A DNA stretch of 64,000 nucleotides from positions 32,001-96,000 of the forward strand of contig CBDESZ010000018.1 of the NCBI GenBank assembly GCA_965242725.1, written 5' to 3'. The notes beneath the pieces were generated by a model. The model saw only the letters and a list, made by a program, of their open reading frames with translations. It ran no database searches and had not been told where the DNA came from. Shown here piece after piece: positions 58,411-64,000 of this stretch; the first letter of the stretch is position 1; every line of letters begins with the position of its first letter. This stretch comes from Alkalispirochaeta sp. (GTDB lineage: Bacteria; Spirochaetota; Spirochaetia; DSM-27196; Alkalispirochaetaceae). A program made the position numbers and the translations under genes.

Positions 58411-59655
58411 CTACTCTTTCGTCTCGTCAAAGCCGAACTGGATGGTGATGATCCGGCTGTGACTCACCTGATTGACGGTAAACGTCCCCGTGGGGAGGCG
58501 AAATTCCCAGCCCACCGGCGGAATGTCACCGAACTCCTCGGTAAGGTACCCGCCGATCGTCTGGGCGTCGCCCTCAATCGGTAAATCGATATCGAGCAGG
58601 TCGTTGACCACATGAATGGGGGTATCGGCGATGATGACGTAGTCCCCGGCCGCCGTCTTTGTCACCGCTTTCGACTTTGCGATCTCATTTTCATCGTACA
58701 GTTCGCCCACAAACTCCTCAACCAGATCCTCGATCGTTAAAAGACCCGCCAGCCCGCCGTACTCATCGAGAACGATAGCCATGTTTGTATGTTCCCTCTG
58801 AAGGCGGGTGAGCATGTCGTGAATCGTGCGGCTTTCGGGAACGAATATCGGCTCGGTCATGATCCGTCCGATCGGTGTCTGAGGGTCGCCCTGGGTGACG
58901 AGTCTGACCACTTCACGGAGGAGAACGATTCCCACTATGTACTCGGGATCGTTGTTGTAAACGGGAATGCGGGAAAACCCCGAATCGAGAATGACGGGCA
59001 GCGCATTCCCCGCGGTTGTCCGTTTGTCGAGGCTGAAGATCTTGGTGCGGTGGGTCATGATCGCCTCAACACGCACTTCATGGGATCGAATCGCGTTCTT
59101 CACGATTGAGGCATGGAGCTTGTTCAATACGCCGGTGCGCCCGGCGTAGCGCGCAAGGTGGCGCAACCCCTCGGCGGTCACCTTCGGTCGCGGTTCCCCC
59201 CCGGTGAGCCTGGTGAGAAAGTTGCTTATCGTGCTGATAATGATGACAAACGGAAGAAAGACATAGGAGAGGATTTTCAGGGGGCGTGCGAGTGTTTTGG
59301 TGACGCTCTCGTTGTGGGCAATGCCGATCTGTTTCGGTGTCACCTCACTGACGACGAGAACCAGAATCGTCAGGATTGCCGTCGATGCGGTGAGCCACGC
59401 CTCTCCAAAGAGCTTGATCGTCCAGGCGGAGACGAGGGCCGACGCCGCGAGGTTGGCGAAGTTGTTGCCGATGGTGATGGTGGTGAGAACGGTATCGATT
59501 TCGTCATGGAGTGTTGCAACCAGCTTGCCCGTCCGCCCTCCCTTGCGGCGCAACTGTTCGATCTGCTCGAAAGAGAGGGAGGTAAAGGCAACTTCCGTAC
59601 CGGAGAACGCCGCGGAGAGAAGCAACAGGACGACGACGGCGGTAATTTCAAACAC
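58411..59655 (-). CDS. CNNM/DUF21-CBS-CorC (hemolysin-like) protein
   Basis: SAAFSGTEVAF, EVTPK, GFSRIPVY, DEYGGLAGLLTIEDLVEE. Confidence 0.9.
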   Translation of the reverse strand: MFEITAVVVLLLLSAAFSGTEVAFTSLSFEQIEQLRRKGGRTGKLVATLHDEIDTVLTTITIGNNFANLAASALVSAWTIKLFGEAWLTASTAILTILVLVVSEVTPKQIGIAHNESVTKTLARPLKILSYVFLPFVIIISTISNFLTRLTGGEPRPKVTAEGLRHLARYAGRTGVLNKLHASIVKNAIRSHEVRVEAIMTHRTKIFSLDKRTTAGNALPVILDSGFSRIPVYNNDPEYIVGIVLLREVVRLVTQGDPQTPIGRIMTEPIFVPESRTIHDMLTRLQREHTNMAIVLDEYGGLAGLLTIEDLVEEFVGELYDENEIAKSKAVTKTAAGDYVIIADTPIHVVNDLLDIDLPIEGDAQTIGGYLTEEFGDIPPVGWEFRLPTGTFTVNQVSHSRIITIQFGFDETKE

Positions 59656-59741
59656 GTCGGCACCGTATCGAGAATGTCCTTCTGCGATTCATGTCGCCCA
59701 GTTTACCACAGGCACCGGAGCCGTGAACACATCAGGGGCGA

Positions 59742-61358
59742 TCACCCCACCGGCTCGGTGAGGCTGTCCCGTTCTTCCGATACGACGTATACGTTGTAGT
59801 AATATTCCATCGCATCGATAAGGGCTTCCCATGACGCTTCAACGATATTTTCATGAACCCCCACGGTATCCCACGTCTGTTCGTGATCGGTGTACGTCAC
59901 AAAGACGCGAACCTTTGCGGCGGCTCCACTTTCGGGATTCAGCACCCGTACCCGGTAATCGGTGAGGGTGATGCGGTCGAGCCACGGACAGAGAGGGACG
60001 ATGGCGTCCCGCAGCGCATGGTCAAGGGTATCCACTGGGCCGACACAGACGGCGGCACCCATTACTTCCTGTTTCTCAAGCTGGAGAAAGATTCGTCCCA
60101 CCGTCTTTGACGGCGCGTCGGTCGTTTTATAGCTCTCCAGATGATAATTGCGAAGGTTGATGAGAGGACGGTAGACGTTCAGCGCCTTTCGCACGAGGAG
60201 ATCGAAACTCGCCTCCGCCGCCTCGTACTCATACCCGTCATTCTCTTTATGCTTGAGCATCGTCGTGAGCTCTTCAACCACCGGTGACGCCTTTGTGTAA
60301 TCGCCGTACTCACGCAGTTTTTCAACGACCGTAGACTTGCCCGCCAGCTCGGAGAGGACGATGTGACGCTCGTTTCCCACGAGGCGGCTGTCGATGTGTT
60401 CCATGAGATCCGCGGCCTTTCCGATGACGTCGGCGTGCTGACCCGCCTTGTGGCTGAACGCCGCGTCACCCACGTAGGGCTGACGGCGGTCGGGAATGAT
60501 ATTCGCTTTTTCCGCGACAAAGCGGGAGAGATGAGTCAGGTGATTCAGGCGGTCTTCGCAATTGGCGGCGTAGTCCGTCTTCAGGACGATATTGGGAATA
60601 AAGGTACACAGGTTGGCGTTGCCGCACCGTTCTCCCCAGCCGTTGATCGTCCCCTGTATCTGGATGCCGCCGTTGTCTATGGCGGTCATGCTGTTGGCGA
60701 CGGCAACACCGCAATCGTTGTGAAAATGGCCTCCCAACGGTGCGAGTAGCTCCTGTGGGAGGGCGGACATGATCGCTGCTACCTCATGGGGAAGGGTGCC
60801 GCCGTTGGTGTCACAGAGGACAAGACAGTCGGCGCCTCCGTCGCTCCCCGCCTGGAGAACGCGTCGGGCGTACTCGGCGTCATCCTTATAGCCGTCAAAG
60901 AAATGTTCGAGATCAAAGAAGACCTCCCGGCCCTGTGATTTCAGGAAGTGAACCGAATCGTAGATCATGCGCAGGTTCTCTTCCTCGTCGGTATGCAGCA
61001 CCTTTTCGACATGGGCTTTCCACGTCTTTCCCACAACGATAACGGTCGGGGTGTCCGCATCGAGGAGCGCCCTGATCATCGGGTCCCGTTCCGCTGAACC
61101 ACCCGCCTTCCGGGTCGATCCAAAGGCGACAACCCTGGCGTGCTGGAGGTTTTCTCGTTTCATTTGCTGAAAAAAGGCCGCTTCCTTTTCGTTGGAGAGG
61201 GGAAAGCCTCCTTCGATGTAGTCGATCTTCATCTCGTCCAGGGCGTGGGCAATCTTGATCTTGTCGTCCAGCGTGTAATTGACCTGCACCCCCTGCATAC
61301 CGTCCCGCAGCGTGGTGTCATACATTACCACTCGACGATCTCTGGAACCTGCTTTCAT
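59742..61358 (-). CDS. cimA: (R)-citramalate synthase
   Basis: YDTTLRDGMQG, IEGGFP, EHFFDG, LCDTNGG, HFHND, GERCGNAN, HKAG.H, YEAAEASF, NIVEASW (CimA clade of the LeuA family). Confidence 0.88.
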   Translation of the reverse strand: MKAGSRDRRVVMYDTTLRDGMQGVQVNYTLDDKIKIAHALDEMKIDYIEGGFPLSNEKEAAFFQQMKRENLQHARVVAFGSTRKAGGSAERDPMIRALLDADTPTVIVVGKTWKAHVEKVLHTDEEENLRMIYDSVHFLKSQGREVFFDLEHFFDGYKDDAEYARRVLQAGSDGGADCLVLCDTNGGTLPHEVAAIMSALPQELLAPLGGHFHNDCGVAVANSMTAIDNGGIQIQGTINGWGERCGNANLCTFIPNIVLKTDYAANCEDRLNHLTHLSRFVAEKANIIPDRRQPYVGDAAFSHKAGQHADVIGKAADLMEHIDSRLVGNERHIVLSELAGKSTVVEKLREYGDYTKASPVVEELTTMLKHKENDGYEYEAAEASFDLLVRKALNVYRPLINLRNYHLESYKTTDAPSKTVGRIFLQLEKQEVMGAAVCVGPVDTLDHALRDAIVPLCPWLDRITLTDYRVRVLNPESGAAAKVRVFVTYTDHEQTWDTVGVHENIVEASWEALIDAMEYYYNVYVVSEERDSLTEPVG

Positions 61359-61383
61359 CACGGCCTCCTTCCGTTTCCGATAC

Positions 61384-61420
61384 AAAAAAAAAACCGCCCG
61401 CTCCGTGAGGGAGGGACGGC
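61384..61420 (-). terminator. Attenuator terminator hairpin upstream of cimA
   Basis: GCCGTCCCTCC-CTCAC-GGAGCGGGCGG followed by T10 on the minus strand. Confidence 0.85.
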
Positions 61421-61443
61421 TTCATAGTCCAGATACCGGACGC

Positions 61444-61515
61444 TCATCCCTCCGCAGGTGTGATACCCTCAATAATCGCGGAAAGTATGATCGTCCAGCT
61501 CAGGATTTCCTGCAT
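61444..61515 (-). CDS. Ile-rich leader peptide MQEILSWTIILSAIIEGITPAEG
   Basis: 6 of 23 codons are Ile, including two tandem pairs; lies between promoter and terminator; overlaps the antiterminator segment. Confidence 0.8.
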   Translation of the reverse strand: MQEILSWTIILSAIIEGITPAEG

Positions 61516-61521
61516 GCATTG

Positions 61522-61550
61522 AGTCTTGATGATATTTTCCGCCATGTCAA
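61522..61550 (-). promoter_or_regulatory. cimA promoter TTGACA-N17-AAGACT
   Basis: Perfect -35 at 61545-61550; -10 ends 6 nt before the leader ATG. Confidence 0.6.
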
Positions 61551-61585
61551 GTAAAAGGTATCGCTTTTCCGATATACTAAGTAAC

Positions 61586-63319
61586 GTGATACATGAAAGC
61601 AGCCAGTTTGATAATCTTGCAGCGGAGCTCACCAACGAGGAACGACGCAAAATGCTCGCCAAAATACGGTCCTCCATGGAGAGTGAGGCGACGCCTATTT
61701 CGACGCCACTGGAGGCGGAGCCGCCGACCATCGAAACGCATATGCAGTCCCTTGGCTTTCTGGATCGGATCAGGCTTTTTCTCATTCAGATATTCACCGG
61801 ACGCAACACGGAGGAGGTCGTGCAGAGCTGGATCATGCGCTCTCTCACGGATACCCTCATCAAGAAGAAAATAGACGGCATCGACGGCAAGACACGTCAG
61901 TTTCGGGAAGCCTTCGCCGCCGACGTGGATCGTCTCAAAATCAAGGCCTCGGTGTTGGCCCCCAAAGTTGAAATCGCGTCGCGACGTCGCACGGAACTCG
62001 TACTCGGTCTCGCAATGCACCACTTTCCCGGAGTTCACCAGGAATTGATACGCAGAACCGGAGAATCTCACATCCGTTCCCTCAAGGAAGAGAGCGAACG
62101 ATATCTCAAACGTCAGCTTACCGACACATTTGAAGATCTCATGGCGGACATTCCATCGTCCAGTCGCGCCGCGATGACCAAGGCTCTCCATCAGGCCGAC
62201 GCCCTGCAGCGCCTGGCTACCTTCTCCTATGCCGGGATTCTCGGGAGCTTTGAGGGATACGGACAGGAGACCGGACGGCACTGCGCCTTCGACTATGTGA
62301 CAAGGGGTATCGAGCAGTTGCAGACGATATTTTCATCCCTTTCAGACCCCATAGATCTCTCCCTTTTGGAGACGCTGGTGATGCTCGAGCTGGACACGGA
62401 GGAGACGAGAAAAGATGAGCACCTCTTTCAGCAGACCCTTCGGGATGAGCTTGCGCAGATTATGGAAGTGCTGGGTGGATTCCGGCGTTTTACCGAGACC
62501 TATCCTCTCATTCTCATACTCAAGATCATCAAGGATGATCCATGGTGGTCTCCCCGGCCGGAACGGAGCGGTGAGGATTGGACAAAGATATATCGAACAT
62601 TCATTCTTGACCGTATTCACCGCATGGTTCTGCGGGTCTCCCTGGAGGGGACAATTCGCAAACAGCTTGTTCTGCTTCGGGATGTTGCGGAGGAACAGCC
62701 GATACCCATCGCCGGACTTCCCGACGGAACGGACGGGGTGTACAGCGTCTGCTGGTACCAGGGTTCGGCGATAAAGACGCTGACTGATAAACTCTACAGC
62801 CGGGTGCTCCCCAACCTGAGAATCGTCCTGACCGGGGGAGAGTTCTACAAGAGTTCAAACAGGGCACAGTTCAATGACGCCTACAACGAGTTTGAGAAAG
62901 TACCCGTCAAGATAAGGGAACTGGAAAAGAGTCTCCTTCCCGACGGCCCCTGGGGAGCGGTTCTGTGGGGAGAACACCTCATCGGGGAAAAGGATCGCAT
63001 GGCGCGACGGGTGGATCAGGATCTGTTCCGTGTCGTTGAAGGCGCGCGGACAACCGTCGAAATGCTCGTGAATGTCCTGGGCGGAATCCTCTACGCCCGG
63101 CCCGGAAGCCCCTATGATACGCTGGCAAACTACGGGCAACTGGGTGGAAGACGCAATGCAGAAGTGATCGAAGAGTTGAAGGAGACTCATACCCGCCTTC
63201 AGAACTTTGTGAGCATTCTCAAAGAGCTTGAAGTGGTGGAGACCCGGGCGAGGGAAAACGAGATTCCCCTGCAGACAAAGCTGCTGCGCTCGGGAAGAGA
63301 CGGTGGTGACGCGCCGTAA
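61586..63319 (+). CDS. DUF5312-like spirochaete protein
   Basis: FDNLAAELTNEERRKML N-terminus, GEDW, GEFYKSSNRAQFNDAYNEF, YDTLAN; start uncertain (61544 or 61586). Confidence 0.7.
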   Translation: MIHESSQFDNLAAELTNEERRKMLAKIRSSMESEATPISTPLEAEPPTIETHMQSLGFLDRIRLFLIQIFTGRNTEEVVQSWIMRSLTDTLIKKKIDGIDGKTRQFREAFAADVDRLKIKASVLAPKVEIASRRRTELVLGLAMHHFPGVHQELIRRTGESHIRSLKEESERYLKRQLTDTFEDLMADIPSSSRAAMTKALHQADALQRLATFSYAGILGSFEGYGQETGRHCAFDYVTRGIEQLQTIFSSLSDPIDLSLLETLVMLELDTEETRKDEHLFQQTLRDELAQIMEVLGGFRRFTETYPLILILKIIKDDPWWSPRPERSGEDWTKIYRTFILDRIHRMVLRVSLEGTIRKQLVLLRDVAEEQPIPIAGLPDGTDGVYSVCWYQGSAIKTLTDKLYSRVLPNLRIVLTGGEFYKSSNRAQFNDAYNEFEKVPVKIRELEKSLLPDGPWGAVLWGEHLIGEKDRMARRVDQDLFRVVEGARTTVEMLVNVLGGILYARPGSPYDTLANYGQLGGRRNAEVIEELKETHTRLQNFVSILKELEVVETRARENEIPLQTKLLRSGRDGGDAP

Positions 63320-63343
63320 AAAATCGGCTATTCTGCCGCCCAT

Positions 63344-64000
63344 ATGAAATCGTACCGGAATATATGGAAACAACGGGTCCTTGAAACACTTGCCGCCGTC
63401 ATCGGTGGAGACAAGGATGAAATAGCATCAGCTCTGATCGCGGAAACACCGCCGTCGCTGGATAAAGGTGATATCGCATTTCCAATGTTTCCATTTGCCC
63501 GTATTGCAAAACAAAATCCCGCGCACATTGCCGCCCAGGTTGCGGCTGAACTCTCTGAAATCGCAGCCGGGGAGGGCGCGAACGTCGTGACTGCCGGCCC
63601 CTACGTGAATGTATTTCTCGATCGCGCCGTCGTGGCAGCGGAAGTCGTCAATGACGTACTCAGGGCGGGAAGCCGATACGGCGACGGTGACGCCATGCAG
63701 GGAACACGGGTCATGATCGAGTTCAGTTGCCCCAACACCAATAAGCCCCTCCACCTCGGGCATTTGCGCAACGACGTCCTCGGTGAAAGCACCGCCCGCA
63801 TCCTTTCCGCGGCGGGAGCGGAAGTACGCAAGGTAAACCTCATTAATGACCGGGGTATTCACATTTGCAAGTCCATGCTCGCCTACCAGACGTTCGGAGA
63901 AAACGCCACGCCTGAATCGACGGGTCAGAAGTCGGACCACTTTGTGGGCGACTATTACGTGCGGTACGCGCGATGGGAAAAGGAAGATGCCGGCGCGGAA
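63344..64000 (+). CDS. argS: Arginine--tRNA ligase (partial, runs off the window)
   Basis: ETPP...GDIAFPMF, GPYVN, IEFSCPNTNKPLHLGHLRN (HIGH motif), INDRGIHICKSM. Confidence 0.93.
   Translation, partial: MKSYRNIWKQRVLETLAAVIGGDKDEIASALIAETPPSLDKGDIAFPMFPFARIAKQNPAHIAAQVAAELSEIAAGEGANVVTAGPYVNVFLDRAVVAAEVVNDVLRAGSRYGDGDAMQGTRVMIEFSCPNTNKPLHLGHLRNDVLGESTARILSAAGAEVRKVNLINDRGIHICKSMLAYQTFGENATPESTGQKSDHFVGDYYVRYARWEKEDAGAE

Noticed and set aside
61384..61515. T-box riboswitch upstream of cimA
   Set aside because: No AAGGTGGTACC-like T-box motif and too short for stem I; the leader-peptide model explains the elements

Overview
GC-rich bacterial chromosomal window, most likely a free-living spirochaete (inferred from the DUF5312-like and DUF4037-like proteins and gene context; taxonomy is not proven). 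It is mostly housekeeping and metabolic genes: hisC, feoB-feoC-DtxR-like, tdh-kbl, nth-queG, recQ, ftsH, a methylmalonyl-CoA mutase cluster, carAB, cimA and argS. It carries three tRNAs (fMet-CAT, Arg-TCT, Pro-TGG). Highlights: (1) a complete unannotated Ile-rich, apparently leaderless leader-peptide attenuator upstream of citramalate synthase; (2) related structured elements directly downstream of two different tRNAs, each with an inverted copy of its own tRNA 3' end and each followed by toxin-antitoxin cargo, including a 946-bp integrase-less mini-island that appears to have replaced the 3' half of tRNA-Arg; (3) a SatD (cyclase/palm-like plus HTH) and DUF3307-like membrane gene pair preceded by three palindromes at an exact 28-bp period; (4) an ndh-menA-yceI quinone module; (5) pervasive leaderless promoter architecture. 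A 653-nt poly-C run splits one gene and is almost certainly an artefact. Family assignments come from motif recognition only; no database searches were run.
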